Shown here piece after piece: positions 33,244 to 44,900 of a stretch of DNA of 64,000 nucleotides. The translations under genes were made by a program, and so were the position numbers. The notes under the pieces are model-generated. The model was not told where the DNA came from, did not search any database, and worked only from the letters and a program-made list of their open reading frames with translations. The first letter of the stretch is position 1. Every line of letters starts with the position of its first letter. Source of the stretch: Chloropicon primus (lineage: Eukaryota); assembly GCA_023205875.1 (NCBI GenBank), contig CP060772.1, positions 310,001 to 374,000 of the forward strand. The letters are read 5' to 3'.

Positions 33244-35616
33244 ATGGTAGAAGAGGAAGCGGCTGCGGTGTTAACGCCCGAGGCGGAGAGGGTTTTGGGT
33301 ACCAGCAGCAAGGATGCTGACTTCGATGATACCCCCGTGAAGACGCGTGGTCACGAACTCACATTCGAGGAGCTCATCGAGCAGCAGCTGAAGCTGGAAG
33401 AGGAGAGGCGTGGTGAGGCGTCGTCGACGACGGTGGCGACGGGGAGGCCCAAGTTTAAGTTCCTCAGGAAAGGGGAAAGGGAGGGGAGGAGGGGAGGGTC
33501 GGCCCAGGGCGAAGGTGGCGCGAAGAGGAAGACTTTGGGTCCAAGGAAGCAGCGCGGCTCGGGTTCCAGAAAGGCGGTGGGCGCCGCGAGAGTGCCGGAA
33601 GAGAAGCCAGCGGCCGCGGTGGAAGTCGACGAGGCGGGTCGACACGACGACGGGTACGGCCAGCCGTCCAGCAAGAAGTCCCCAAGCCCCGTGAAGATCG
33701 AGGCGCATGCTTTGAGCCCCTCCCAGACCAAGTACGTGGAGCAATTTTACGAAGACTACCTGGACGATGACGAGGAGGAGGAGGAGGAGGTCGGGTTCGA
33801 GGAGGTCTCGTCCGGCCGCGCCCAGTCGCCCGATGGGTCGGAGACGGAGTTCAGGGAGGCGCACACCTTCAAGGAGGTCTTCGGCCAGCAGCTGGAGCGC
33901 CTGGACAGGGAGCTCGCCGAGGGAAGCGTGTCTTACGAGTCGGAGGAGGAATACGACTCGCTCGACGACGAGGAGGGCCAGTCCCCTGTCGAGGTCGGGA
34001 TGAGGGGGCACCTGAGCGCCGAGAGAAGGGCGAATTGGGAGAAGAAGACGGTCCAGGAGGAGCTTGAGCTTCGAGAATTCGAGCAGCTGGAGAGGCAGAT
34101 CCAGGAGGAGCTCGAGGGCGCCGCTTCGGGGGCGACTGCCGACGAGGGCGGGGTACAGGAGGACGACCACCTGTACCAGGACATGTCGAGGCACCTTGAC
34201 CTTTCCGTGGGCGGAGGGAGCGGCCTCCACGCCGGGGATTCGGGGATGCCCACCATGCTCCAGCAGGCCAGCTTCAGCGGGAAGTCCTTCAGCGAGACCA
34301 TGAAAGGCATCAGCCTGGAGACGCAGTTCGATGACACGACCAAGTGGGAGGAGGAGGAGGACGACGAGGCGGTGGACGTGGAGGTGGTCCCCCAGATGCG
34401 CGATGAGGACGGGGCCGCGGGTGTCGGGAGCTACGCAGAGCAGCACGCGAGGGCCTTGCACGGGAGGGGCGCCGATAACGGGGCCAACGGGGCCAACGGG
34501 GCCAAGGACAGAAAGGCCAAGGCGAGGAAGGTTGGGGCGGGCAAGGGAGGCAGGAGCTCGGCTCCGAGGAAGGCGGAGCCGTCCTCGAGCAATGGCGACG
34601 GCCACGGGGACCAGGATCGGCCCATGAGCGCCCGGGAGGAGAAGCACATTAAGCTTCTGGACGAGGAGATCAAAAAAGTCGTTGAGGAGAGGAAGAAGTT
34701 CAAGAGGATGCAGACGGATTACAAGAAGAGGGTCTCGAGCTTGGAGCAGGCGGAGCAGGAGTTCGACAGAAGGCGCGAGGCCGAGATCGAGAACATCCAG
34801 GTCATGAAGGAGAAGGCCGAGAAGAAGATCAAGCGGGACAAGAGGGTCCTCGACCAGCAGTCCAGGACCCTGCTCTCCAAGCTTCCCAGCAAGAAGGACC
34901 GGGAGGAGATCCAGCAGCTGGAGGAGCAGCTGGAGAAGGAGAAGGCCGCACACAAGCGGAAGGAGAGGACGCACAAGATGAACGAGGACAGGTTGAGGCG
35001 CCAGGTGGCGGAGCTCACCAAGAGGAACGAGGAGCTCAAGGACGAGATCCGCAGGCTGGAGAAGAGGCAGCTGGAGGCCTTCGAGAAGAGGTTGGAGAGG
35101 GACCATGCCAAGGCGGAGAGGGGCGTTACCCACAACCGCCACCAGTCCGCCGCTGCGGCAGTGCAGCCCCTGTCCGAGAAAGAGAACCGGGAGCAGCGGC
35201 AGCCGAGGAAGAAGCCGGCCCAGCAGTCTGGGGGCGCCAACAGCAACAGCAGCAAGAAGGGGCCGAGCAAGGTGACTTACCCCAACGGGACCCAGAAGCA
35301 CGTGTACCTCAACGGGGACACCGTGATCCACTTCAACAACGGCGATGTGAAGAAGTCCACCAAGGGCACGACGGAGTACTACTACGCGGAGGTGGACACG
35401 TGGCACAGCACCCACGACAACGGCATCGAGGTGTTCCACTTCCCGTCGGGTCAGATCGAGGCCCACTTCCCCAACGGGGCCAAGGAGGTCCTGTTCCCGG
35501 ACGGCATCGCTCACAGGCTCACGGATCCGGACGGCGAGGAGCACCAGCTCATCGACCCGAAGGACCTTTGCGAGGTCTTCTCCAAGCCCAAGCCTCAGCT
35601 CACAGTGGTCTCATGA
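33244..35616 (+). CDS. CENPJ: Centriole protein CENPJ/CPAP/SAS-4 (Tcp10_C domain)
   Basis: TFEELIEQQL N-terminal motif, KFKFLRKGE, long coiled coil, and C-terminal G-box repeats YPNGT...FNNGDVKK...YYYAE..TWHST..NG.EVFHFPSGQIE. Confidence 0.9.
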   Translation: MVEEEAAAVLTPEAERVLGTSSKDADFDDTPVKTRGHELTFEELIEQQLKLEEERRGEASSTTVATGRPKFKFLRKGEREGRRGGSAQGEGGAKRKTLGPRKQRGSGSRKAVGAARVPEEKPAAAVEVDEAGRHDDGYGQPSSKKSPSPVKIEAHALSPSQTKYVEQFYEDYLDDDEEEEEEVGFEEVSSGRAQSPDGSETEFREAHTFKEVFGQQLERLDRELAEGSVSYESEEEYDSLDDEEGQSPVEVGMRGHLSAERRANWEKKTVQEELELREFEQLERQIQEELEGAASGATADEGGVQEDDHLYQDMSRHLDLSVGGGSGLHAGDSGMPTMLQQASFSGKSFSETMKGISLETQFDDTTKWEEEEDDEAVDVEVVPQMRDEDGAAGVGSYAEQHARALHGRGADNGANGANGAKDRKAKARKVGAGKGGRSSAPRKAEPSSSNGDGHGDQDRPMSAREEKHIKLLDEEIKKVVEERKKFKRMQTDYKKRVSSLEQAEQEFDRRREAEIENIQVMKEKAEKKIKRDKRVLDQQSRTLLSKLPSKKDREEIQQLEEQLEKEKAAHKRKERTHKMNEDRLRRQVAELTKRNEELKDEIRRLEKRQLEAFEKRLERDHAKAERGVTHNRHQSAAAAVQPLSEKENREQRQPRKKPAQQSGGANSNSSKKGPSKVTYPNGTQKHVYLNGDTVIHFNNGDVKKSTKGTTEYYYAEVDTWHSTHDNGIEVFHFPSGQIEAHFPNGAKEVLFPDGIAHRLTDPDGEEHQLIDPKDLCEVFSKPKPQLTVVS

Positions 35617-35821
35617 TCCATTGGCGATCGACGACGACTTACGACGACTTACGACGACGACTTTTTGCAGCATCCATAAGTAATGATGTATTCCATTTCA
35701 CGATTCATATAGGCAAGTGGAAACAATGCGGGAGAGGGAGAGTGCAAGAGATCCACAGCAAGCAAGCAAGCGCTGGCAATAATCCGATCCACCATCACCA
35801 TCACCAGGATTATTCCATTCC

Positions 35822-36170
35822 TCACCGATCCATGATGTGATCCCTGTCACCATTCCTCCCAAGTGAGGGCTCTTCGGAAAGAGCAAGAGACAACGCATCC
35901 ATCCATCCATGACCCCTCTCCCCCTCCCTCCCCGTCCCTCCACCATCACCCCCCTCCTTCCACCCCATCATCATCATCATCACCTCTCTGTCTGTCTCCT
36001 TGCCATGATCCCTGTCACCATTCCTCCCAAGTGAGGGCTCTTCGGAAAGAGCAAGAGACAATACATCCATCCATCCGTGATCCCTCCTCCCCCTCTCTCC
36101 CTGTCTCTCCACCATCACCCCCTCCTTCCACCCCATCATCACCATCACCTTCACCTTCACCTTCACCAGC
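35822..36170. repeat. Dispersed + tandem repeat, family B (two ~168-bp units)
   Basis: GATCCCTGTCACCATTCCTCCCAAGTGAGGGCTCTT.GGAAAGAGCAAGAGACAA twice. The same unit occurs twice at 55540-55860 and degenerate at ~20085-20130. Confidence 0.92.
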
Positions 36171-36478
36171 AGCTCAAGATTTGGCCGTTCGACGAGACGA
36201 GACGAATTTCACGTCAAAATCTGGGAAATAAAAGCGTCGACGCGTCGGTGGATCGGGTCGGTGACGAGACTCCCTCGTGGTGGCGGAAGTCGGCGACGAG
36301 GACGGAGGCGGGAGGTGCGGAGGACCGCGAAAACCGACGGAACATCTCGCGAGCTTTCTGTCGAACCCTCACTCGACGGAATACGCCGACGACGACGGGA
36401 ATTCTTGGTCAAACCCTCGCTTGTGTGTGGCCGTTACGAGGACAAGGGGTTCGTAACCGATCGGAGCGGAAACCCACG

Positions 36479-39400
36479 ATGGCGGGGGGAAAGCGAAGGG
36501 AGCTTCCGCGACGAGGTTTTCGTTTCTCTTTCACTTTCGCGCTTCTTGCTGTTGCCGCTTGCCTTGGCCTGTGCGTCGTCGGCGCGCAGAACGGTTCTGG
36601 CCTCGATGCCTCGCTGCGTGGCGTGGAGGCCAAGCCCGTGGCGTTCTTCCCGCTCAAGGGCGGCAACTTGGACTCCACTTACCCGAGTACCGAGTTCAAG
36701 GGCACCGTGGTCGGCGGAGCGGGCGCCGAGGGAGTCCAGTGGGCCTCCCGAGCCAACGGCGGCGACCCGTTCCCGGAGGCGCTGGAGTGCTTGGACCACG
36801 CCAAGGGCCTGGTGCAGCTGGACAGCGTGCCGTACGGGACCAAGGGAGACTTCTCGGTCAACCTTTGGATGAAGCAGAAGCCTCCGAAGCTGTTGTTCGA
36901 CGACGATGAGGACGGGGACGAGGACGGTCCCTCGGGCTCCGTCTCGAACAGGATGCAAATGCCTCGCTTCGAGTACATCTTCTCCCACGCGGAGAAGGGC
37001 TTGGAGGGCGACCAGGGCGGTTTCTTCCCGTGGAGCCCGAACCAGATCCACGTCTTCATGCCGAGCGTGGCCATGCCGGCCCACGGCATCGTCAGGGCGG
37101 TGGTGAAAGATTCCACGGACGAGTACGAGGGAACGATGAGCCAGACGTACTTGGATTCGGACGGAAGGTTCATGGACAACAACCCGAGGAACATGCCGGG
37201 CCACGTGGACCTCGAGGACGAAGCCTGGCACATGATCACGCTCACCTCGGAGGGCGGGGGGAGGAAGGGCTACCGGATGTACGTCGACGGCGTCCTGGCC
37301 GGGGAGGCGCCGCCCTCGATACTCTTGCAGCAGCTGGAGAGCGGCCTCTCCGGGATCCCTGGCGTCCAGGTGGATGGCGGAGAGCCCTTGAACTTGAGCG
37401 GAAAGATTCACCTGTGCGGCAGAGTGGACCAGGACGAGGACAGGCACTTTGGTGGAAATTTGGCCGACCTCTCCTTGTGGGACCAGGTGCTCACCGCGGA
37501 CCAGGTGGCCAAGATGTACGAGGCCATCATGGGGAGGGACAAGCTCGAGCAGAGGTGCAAGGAGGCCGGGAAATCCGAGATGGTGACCCTCGACAAGATC
37601 GACGTCTGCCCCTTCCTCTCGCCGAGCACTCCGGCTTCCTCCTCGGCGACGTTGAGCGACGTGCTCAAGGACATCTCCGGCAGCGGCGGGGACGCCGCTG
37701 CCTCGGCTGGCTGGGGCTGCTATGACATGAAGATCCACCAGTGCAAGTGCAACTCCGCGGTCACCAAGGAGGACTGCGAGGCGAACCAGAACATTTACAC
37801 CAAGGACTGTAACTGCCCTGCGAGTGGAAGCGCCCCCCCACCATCGAACAGGGTCGGAGAGGTGAAGGTCACGTTCCCAAGCAGCAGCAGCAGCCAAGAG
37901 ACTTGCTCTGTGCTCCAGGTGCCGAGTTCATGCGGCCGCGATTCCGTTTGCCTTCCCTACACGATCTTCAAGGACCTTTACGGGCAGAAGGTCCCTGTGG
38001 GAGTGAGCCCCGACACGGAAGGGAAGTGCGTCAAAGTTCCTGTCGGAGGTTTGTATCCGCCGGACGCCTCTGTCAGCATTCCCCTGCCAGTGGCCTTCTT
38101 CCCTCTGACTGGAGGAAACTTGGAGTCCTGGCCGGTGGACAAGTACAAGGGGGAGGGGTCTGGAGTGGACTGGGTTCCTGACGCCAGGTTTGAGAACTCC
38201 CTCAAGTGCAGCGAGAAGGAGGGCAGTTACGTGAAACTCCCTAACGTCAAGTACGGAGAGGACGGCCAATTCGCAGTGAACTTCTGGATGAAGAAGGACA
38301 CGAGCGAGCCCCAGGACAATGGATTCGAGTACATCTTCTCCAATGGACAGACCCAGGGCGGGTTCAATCCCTTCGGGCCAAACAACCTTCATGTTTACCT
38401 TCCAGAAGTCGCTCACCCGGCGCACGGCGTCGCGAGGGTCATCCTGAAGGATTCTGCCTCGGACTACAAGGGCCTGCTCTCCCACACTTTCTTTGACTCT
38501 GACGGGAAGTTCATGGACAACAACCCCAGAAACACCGTGGGCCACGTGAATCTTGAGGACGGAGACTGGCACATGTTCACGGTCACAACCAAGGCCAACG
38601 GGGAGCCCGGCTACCAAATCTTTGTAGACGCCACCCTCGGAGGCTCCTTCCCTACCCCAGAGATCCAAGACTTTGTGGACACGAACCAAGGTACCGGGGT
38701 CTCTCCCATCATTCATGTGGACGGCAGTGCCCCCATGAACATCGATGGTGACATTTACTTGTGCGGAAGGGCGGACCTCTCCGCGGACAGGCACTTTGAT
38801 GGGCAGCTCGCACATGTCGAGATCTTCGACAAGAGCCTGAGCCCAGAAATGGTGACCGCCCTGTTCACGGCTGTCGAAGGAGATTCTGTGTTGTTGGAGA
38901 CTCTTTCTGATCTCGCCAACTCCATCAGGGCGCTGCAGCCGAACACCACGGAGGGCAGGCCGCAGTACCTGCAGACCCTGACGTCCGAGGAAATCATCAA
39001 TGCTCTGAGAGCGGCGGGGACCGGAAACAAGGACCTGGCAAGGGACAACGAAGCCATCATCAGCAAGATCAAGGACGGGGAATTGTATTGCTCCATCGAT
39101 GTGAAGCAGTCTGGAATTGTTACTCCGTTTGGGTGCGAGGAGGAGGGGCTCGTCTGCGCGGCCTTGCACGACGATCAAATCAAGTCTGCGAATGCGAACG
39201 GGCTGTGCGTGCCCACCCCAGAGGGAGGCATTTACATTCCAAGTCCAAACAAGGATGTCCCGGTGCCGGAGGCTTACTTTCCTTTGACGGGTGGCTCTGT
39301 CAAGTCCTGGCCGGATGAGAGGTACGGGGGAGTCGCCAAAGGGGTCACTTGGGTGGACGACGAGTTCTTCGGCAGCGTCTTGCAGTGTGAGGAGGACAAC

Positions 39401-41746
39401 CTGGATTACGTCGAGCTGGACAACGTGCCTTACGGAAAGGATGGGCAGTGGGCCATCAACTTCTGGATGGCTCACAACGGCAGCAAGGGCGACACCTTTG
39501 AGTTCTTGTTCTCTCACGGCAACGTGGATGGCCAGAATGCTGCTTGGCAGCCCAACGAGGTCCAAATTTACTTGCCAGAGATCGCCCATCCTGCGCATGG
39601 CGTGGTGAGAACGATTGTCAAGGACTCCACGGACACCTTCCAGGGCCCAATGTCGCAAACCTTCTTGGACTCTGACGGCGGATTCATGAACAACATGCCT
39701 CGTAACGTCCCAGGTCACACGGAGCTTGACGACGGGAAGTGGCACATGATCACGCTCACCACGCAGGGAGAGGGCGACAAGGGGTACTCGGTGTTCGTGG
39801 ACGGAATCTTGGGGGGCACCTCGCCACCTGCGTTTGTGAACGAGATCGACACAGAAATCGCAGTGGATGGGGGAGACCCGCTCTTGCCCACGGGAAAGAT
39901 GTACCTGTGCGGAAGGAACGACTTGAACAGGGAGCGCCACTTTGGTGGAAGGCTCGCGCACTTCAGCTTCTTCGACGAGTCTCTTGGCCCGGCCCAAATC
40001 ATGGACATGTACGTGGCCGGGGCGGGGGAGGCTGCGGCTATTCAGAGAACGATGCAACTGATCGTGAGCCAGATCCCTCAGGGTCAGACCACCGACTCGA
40101 GCGATCCGCTGAGAACTCTCAACAGGGCCCAGATCGGCGAGGCTTGCTACGTGAGGAGCGGGGAGTACAATATTCAGCAGAGGATATACGAGAGCACTTT
40201 GAAGAACAAGATGTGTGTCGATGGCGCAGTTTGCGCCCCAAAGGCCAACTCGCCCGTTCAGGTCACCGCCCCGGACAGAAATGCTGGTAACATCGATTAC
40301 GCCCAAGCGCTGCACGGTCAGTGCGTGGAAGTGCCTGATTCGGAGTTGCTCCCCGAGCTCGATTCCCACGACGGCGCCATGTTCTTTCCCAATCCTTTGA
40401 TGAATGTGCCGACCCCAGCTGCTTTCTTCCCGCTCACGGCGGGAAGGACGGACTCCTGGCCGAGCGGGCTCTACGAAGGAACGAACAGAGGAGCCACTTG
40501 GGTCAAAGATCCTACCTTTGGCAGCGTCTTGTCCTGTGACGCGGAAGATAACGCTTTCCTGACCCTGGCACCTGTGCCTTACGCCGAAAAGGGTAGCTTT
40601 GCACTGAACTTCTGGTTCAGAAACAACGATTCGACGGGAAACACTTTCGAGTACATCTACTCGCACTCCGCGGACGATGACATGGCGTTCAACCCGTTCT
40701 ATCCGAATCAGGTTCATGTTTACTTGCCTGAGGTGAGCCATCCTGCGCACGGAGTCATCAGGACCATCGTGAAGGACAGCCAGGACCTTTACCAGGGATC
40801 AAAGTCGGAGACGTTCTTGGACTCGGATGGCTTGGTCAATGACAACGAGGCGAGAGACTCGCCCGGGCACATCGATGTGAACGACGATGCTTGGCACATG
40901 ATCACCCTCACCACGAGAGCTGACGGTGGTAAGGGCTACGCCATATTTGTTGACGGGGTCCTGGGAGGCGCGAACTTTTTGCCCACGACCCGAGAGGAGC
41001 AGATGATCGGCAAGCCCTTCAATGTCGACGGTGGTGAGCCCGTGATGCTGGACGGGCATATCTTTTTGTGCGGGAGGAATGACATGAACCCCCAGAGGCA
41101 CTTTAAGGGAATGCTGACTCACTTGTCCTTGTTCGACACGGCCCTGACCCCCGCTGAAATCGCCGCTCTCTTCGTGAGCGTGAAGGGGGAGAAAGCCTTC
41201 GAGGACAGGTTGATCGAGATCGCGACCGCCCAGGAACCAAAGCTTGTGGAGACCATCCCGGGCCCAGGTTCTCCTTTGCCACCCAATGATGTGATCCGGG
41301 GCATCCCCGAGGACGACGGTCCACTTGTCCTCAGGACGCCATCCACGAACAGGGAGGGGGAGGAGCAGGCAAAGACAAGCACGCTCCAGAACACCATAAG
41401 CAAGCTGAAGAATCTCTTGAACGAGAAAGTCGCCGAGACCACGCACGATCCCAAGAAGTCTGCAACGGCTGCCGGCGTCATTGGGCTCTTCGTGGGCTTG
41501 CTCGTCATGGGCATCGTGGGGGGACTTGCTTTCTTGATATACAAGAGGAGGAACAGGAGACCCCACGGCCCGGGCATGGTCTCCCTCCCCACCATCTCCA
41601 GAAACGCCAGCACCGTTGCCGCGAACCCGGACACGTGCATGAGTCCCGACGAGTCGACAAGCAACCCCGTCTCCGAAAGGTTTCACAGTGCCCAGATCAA
41701 GATGGAGCACAACAAGCTCTCCAAGTACAACCAGATGGAGGACTGA
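36479..41746 (+). CDS. ~1755-aa type I membrane protein with four LamG/concanavalin-A-like domains
   Basis: Signal peptide (FTFALLAVAACLGLCVVGA), four repeats containing FS/AVN(L/F)W...WHM(I/F)T.T...Y..(Y/F)VD(G/A)...LCGR...RHF.G.L, Cys-rich linkers, and TM GVIGLFVGLLVMGIVGGLAFLIY followed by KRR. Confidence 0.9.
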   Translation: MAGGKRRELPRRGFRFSFTFALLAVAACLGLCVVGAQNGSGLDASLRGVEAKPVAFFPLKGGNLDSTYPSTEFKGTVVGGAGAEGVQWASRANGGDPFPEALECLDHAKGLVQLDSVPYGTKGDFSVNLWMKQKPPKLLFDDDEDGDEDGPSGSVSNRMQMPRFEYIFSHAEKGLEGDQGGFFPWSPNQIHVFMPSVAMPAHGIVRAVVKDSTDEYEGTMSQTYLDSDGRFMDNNPRNMPGHVDLEDEAWHMITLTSEGGGRKGYRMYVDGVLAGEAPPSILLQQLESGLSGIPGVQVDGGEPLNLSGKIHLCGRVDQDEDRHFGGNLADLSLWDQVLTADQVAKMYEAIMGRDKLEQRCKEAGKSEMVTLDKIDVCPFLSPSTPASSSATLSDVLKDISGSGGDAAASAGWGCYDMKIHQCKCNSAVTKEDCEANQNIYTKDCNCPASGSAPPPSNRVGEVKVTFPSSSSSQETCSVLQVPSSCGRDSVCLPYTIFKDLYGQKVPVGVSPDTEGKCVKVPVGGLYPPDASVSIPLPVAFFPLTGGNLESWPVDKYKGEGSGVDWVPDARFENSLKCSEKEGSYVKLPNVKYGEDGQFAVNFWMKKDTSEPQDNGFEYIFSNGQTQGGFNPFGPNNLHVYLPEVAHPAHGVARVILKDSASDYKGLLSHTFFDSDGKFMDNNPRNTVGHVNLEDGDWHMFTVTTKANGEPGYQIFVDATLGGSFPTPEIQDFVDTNQGTGVSPIIHVDGSAPMNIDGDIYLCGRADLSADRHFDGQLAHVEIFDKSLSPEMVTALFTAVEGDSVLLETLSDLANSIRALQPNTTEGRPQYLQTLTSEEIINALRAAGTGNKDLARDNEAIISKIKDGELYCSIDVKQSGIVTPFGCEEEGLVCAALHDDQIKSANANGLCVPTPEGGIYIPSPNKDVPVPEAYFPLTGGSVKSWPDERYGGVAKGVTWVDDEFFGSVLQCEEDNLDYVELDNVPYGKDGQWAINFWMAHNGSKGDTFEFLFSHGNVDGQNAAWQPNEVQIYLPEIAHPAHGVVRTIVKDSTDTFQGPMSQTFLDSDGGFMNNMPRNVPGHTELDDGKWHMITLTTQGEGDKGYSVFVDGILGGTSPPAFVNEIDTEIAVDGGDPLLPTGKMYLCGRNDLNRERHFGGRLAHFSFFDESLGPAQIMDMYVAGAGEAAAIQRTMQLIVSQIPQGQTTDSSDPLRTLNRAQIGEACYVRSGEYNIQQRIYESTLKNKMCVDGAVCAPKANSPVQVTAPDRNAGNIDYAQALHGQCVEVPDSELLPELDSHDGAMFFPNPLMNVPTPAAFFPLTAGRTDSWPSGLYEGTNRGATWVKDPTFGSVLSCDAEDNAFLTLAPVPYAEKGSFALNFWFRNNDSTGNTFEYIYSHSADDDMAFNPFYPNQVHVYLPEVSHPAHGVIRTIVKDSQDLYQGSKSETFLDSDGLVNDNEARDSPGHIDVNDDAWHMITLTTRADGGKGYAIFVDGVLGGANFLPTTREEQMIGKPFNVDGGEPVMLDGHIFLCGRNDMNPQRHFKGMLTHLSLFDTALTPAEIAALFVSVKGEKAFEDRLIEIATAQEPKLVETIPGPGSPLPPNDVIRGIPEDDGPLVLRTPSTNREGEEQAKTSTLQNTISKLKNLLNEKVAETTHDPKKSATAAGVIGLFVGLLVMGIVGGLAFLIYKRRNRRPHGPGMVSLPTISRNASTVAANPDTCMSPDESTSNPVSERFHSAQIKMEHNKLSKYNQMED

Positions 41747-41917
41747 AAGCATTGAGAACGAACGTTTTGCTTGCACCTTTCACAAAACCATAAAACACAA
41801 ACCACTTTTTTTTTCTTAACAACTTTTTTACGTTCAATATTCAATCCTTGCCAAGGTGGCATCTTGGAGAGAGGCCAGAAGGAGAGAGAGAGGGAGGGAG
41901 TTGCCAAGGAGGTGAAG

Positions 41918-44900
41918 ATGGAGAGCCCCAATGTTGTTGGTGTTGGAGGAGGGTTTGACGATGAGGTGCACACCGCTGCCATTGATTCGCTCCTCTCTCT
42001 CGTCTCACGGGCTCATGCATTAAACGCCGAGCTTTTGCGTTTGAGCCGCCGGGTGTCTCCACTCGTGTTCAACTCAAGTTTTCATACAAAGTACAAAGAA
42101 GTTTTGTTCGACTTCGATTACCTCAAAGCTCCAGAGCATCATGAGGACAAGATCGAGAGGTCTGCGGATCTCCTTGAGCTCAGTGATGGTCTCAAAGAGG
42201 AGTACCTCACCGTCTTCAAACGATACTTCACTTTGTTTGAGCACTTGGTCCAATACCACGAAGACTTGAGTCAGATTACCCAAGACTTGCAGAAGGGTGC
42301 ATACATCCAGAGCACGATAGATGGCCTGCTACAGGACAGAGAAGGGAAGCAGCTGATTCTGGAAGCATTCTCGATGCTTGGGGTGATGCTCCTTCTGTTG
42401 GATAAGGAGATACCTGCCAAGCAGAGGCAGATAGTGATAGTGAGCACTTACAGGTATGTGGGAACGGCAGACATACCCAACTTTGAGGCCATCTGTTCCC
42501 TTTGTGCGAACACTGCTTACCAGGGTCAGGGTCAGGGACAAGCATTCGGGGTGCAGAAGATGCCGAAAGGATATCCAGCAAGTCTCTTCGCCCGGATGCC
42601 GATCCCAAAGGAGTTTGTGTCCAAGATAGTGATGCGTCTGTTGAGTGAGGACTTTTATAACCAGCTGGTATACTTTTCTTTGGAGGGGAACCATCGCTCC
42701 AGGGCTCTGGCACACCAAGCTGCGATGCTTTTCGTGCTCCTGTTCTTCAGGGAAGATATCTTGGAGCAAGAGTTCTCGGTGATGAGAGAATTGTTTGACA
42801 AGCACTTTGCAGACAACTGGGTGGTTTGTGTCTACCCAACGCTTTACTTGGACGTCACGACGGCTTGGTATGACTACAAGGCAGCTCAGAAAGCAATGCA
42901 CAGCGTCATCACGCCAGAGAGAGCAAGGGAGGTGACCAACAGGCACTTCCAAGCCTTTGCGAGGGGGGCCAAGGACGTCGAGGACGTCCTGCACGACGGC
43001 GTGCTCAACGCGAAGAAGATCATGGATCTCAAAAGCACGGATAGGGGAGGGGAGGATGGAAAGTACTTGGAGCAGCACGCCAAGAGGATTACCAAGGTCG
43101 TGCAGTCGTGCAACGTGTCGATGAGGTGGCTCCTCTTGAACGTGTTCACGGAGCATAGCCACTCCAAGGTCGTGCGAGCCTGCGTCGGTGGCATCGCGGA
43201 CGCCGCGAGGGACATCGTAAAGGTTCTGCTGGCGCTGGTTGTGGTGGAGAACGAACTGATGCAGGTGGTGAGGGACCTCGTCTCGACCAAGAAGGAGAGG
43301 TGGGAGCGGACTCAGGAGGACATCATTCTGCTTCTCAGCGATTTGGGCGCGTTCTATTCCGGAACGCAGGTCCTGTCCAGGAGGGAGGAGGTGAAGGACG
43401 AGGGGTTGCAAAAGTACTTTGAGCAGATGGCAAAGCACGTCAAGAAGCTTGACATGTCCAAGCCAACGTCCTGCGGCAGGAAGATTCAGCAAATCACGCA
43501 AGCCCTCAAGGATGTCGAAGACTTCCACCAGCTCCAAGTCTCCTTGCAGACCAAGGAGTACCTGCACCGGGTGAGGAGGATGCTTGTCAAGATGACTCAC
43601 ATTGCCAGCGTGAGCGACCACGATGTCAGAACGTGCGAGGTTGCCGCAGATTGCTCCCATGCCTTCCAGCTCTTCGACCATCTCATCCCTCATCTGCACA
43701 GGAGGATCGCGCACGACTCTGTCGGCAACGTGAGGGACTCCAACTCTGCTTTGAGCTTGAAGTTCCTCTTCATCAAGCTTCGATCGGTTCTGGACTGGCC
43801 TTTGCTGAGGATCAGCGAAGCGGAGTCTCCAGACCTCCAGAGCGTTTCTGAGTTTTGGTCCGGGGAGCTCATCAAGTTCGTCACGCGGGTCACGGAGTGC
43901 ATCCCTTACTCGATGTTCGTCAAGCTGGACGACATCTTTGTGCTGCAGACTCACAAACTGAGGGAGCTGCCCACCAAGCTGGAGAGAACCCAGCTGAGGA
44001 ACTACGTCTTTGCCCAGGACAGGCAAAGTTTGGCGAGGGTAACGTACTCGATCGCGATGCTTACGGAGGGAATGATGAAGATCGAGACGACCCAGCTCGG
44101 GGTGGAGGTGGTGGAGCCCTCCGTCCTGTTGGAGAAAGGAGTTCGGAAGCAGCTTGTGAGGAGGATGACCCAATGCCTGCAGAGGGAGCTCACGGAATTC
44201 GAGGCAAAGGCATCGGCCGGGAAGTCTTCCGTGACATCGATCTTCTCGTCCTCCTCCTCGTCCCTCAGCAACAGGTCAAAGGTCTTCGAGGACAGCTTGG
44301 TCAGCACCAGGAGGAACTTGAACGGCATCCGTAGGAGCTTGGAGTACATCCAGGACTACATGCAGGTCCACGGCCTGGCGATCTGGCAGGAGGAGCTCTG
44401 CAAGCTGACAAAGATCATCGTCGACAAGGAGCTCAAGCTGCGGAGCGCGAGGACGCGGTACCAGGACTCGAGGACAAACATCGTGGGGTTGAGCAAGTTC
44501 AAACAGCTTGGGAGCGATGACTCGGAGGATTACTTGCTTCAGGCCATCGAACGGGAACTTGATTCCTCGGGCCAGAGAAGCGCCAAGCAGACTTTCTTGG
44601 GATCTGTGTACGATGAGTTGGTGCTGCTGACGAACCCTTACGAGAGCATCTACTCGTTCTCTCTCTGCGGTTGGTTCCACAGCTCCACGGGAAAGGAAGA
44701 GATCGGCTTGAACAGCTTCGAGTTGATCCGAGGCGCGGTTGCCGTGTCGGGCATGCACGGTTTGGACAAGATCGTCCAGCTCGAGATCTACAACGCCGTG
44801 AGGGACACGAGCGTGTTTCTGAACAAACTCCTGCAGCACTCCCTGCGTGACGACGTGACCCACCTTCGGGAGCTCATGCTGAACAGAAAGGATGCCAGGT

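Noticed and set aside
33271..35544. 757-aa antisense ORF (also 37928..40750, 42329..44173 and 8470..9813)
   Set aside because: These are shadow ORFs opposite well-supported GC3-rich genes, with no independent motifs.
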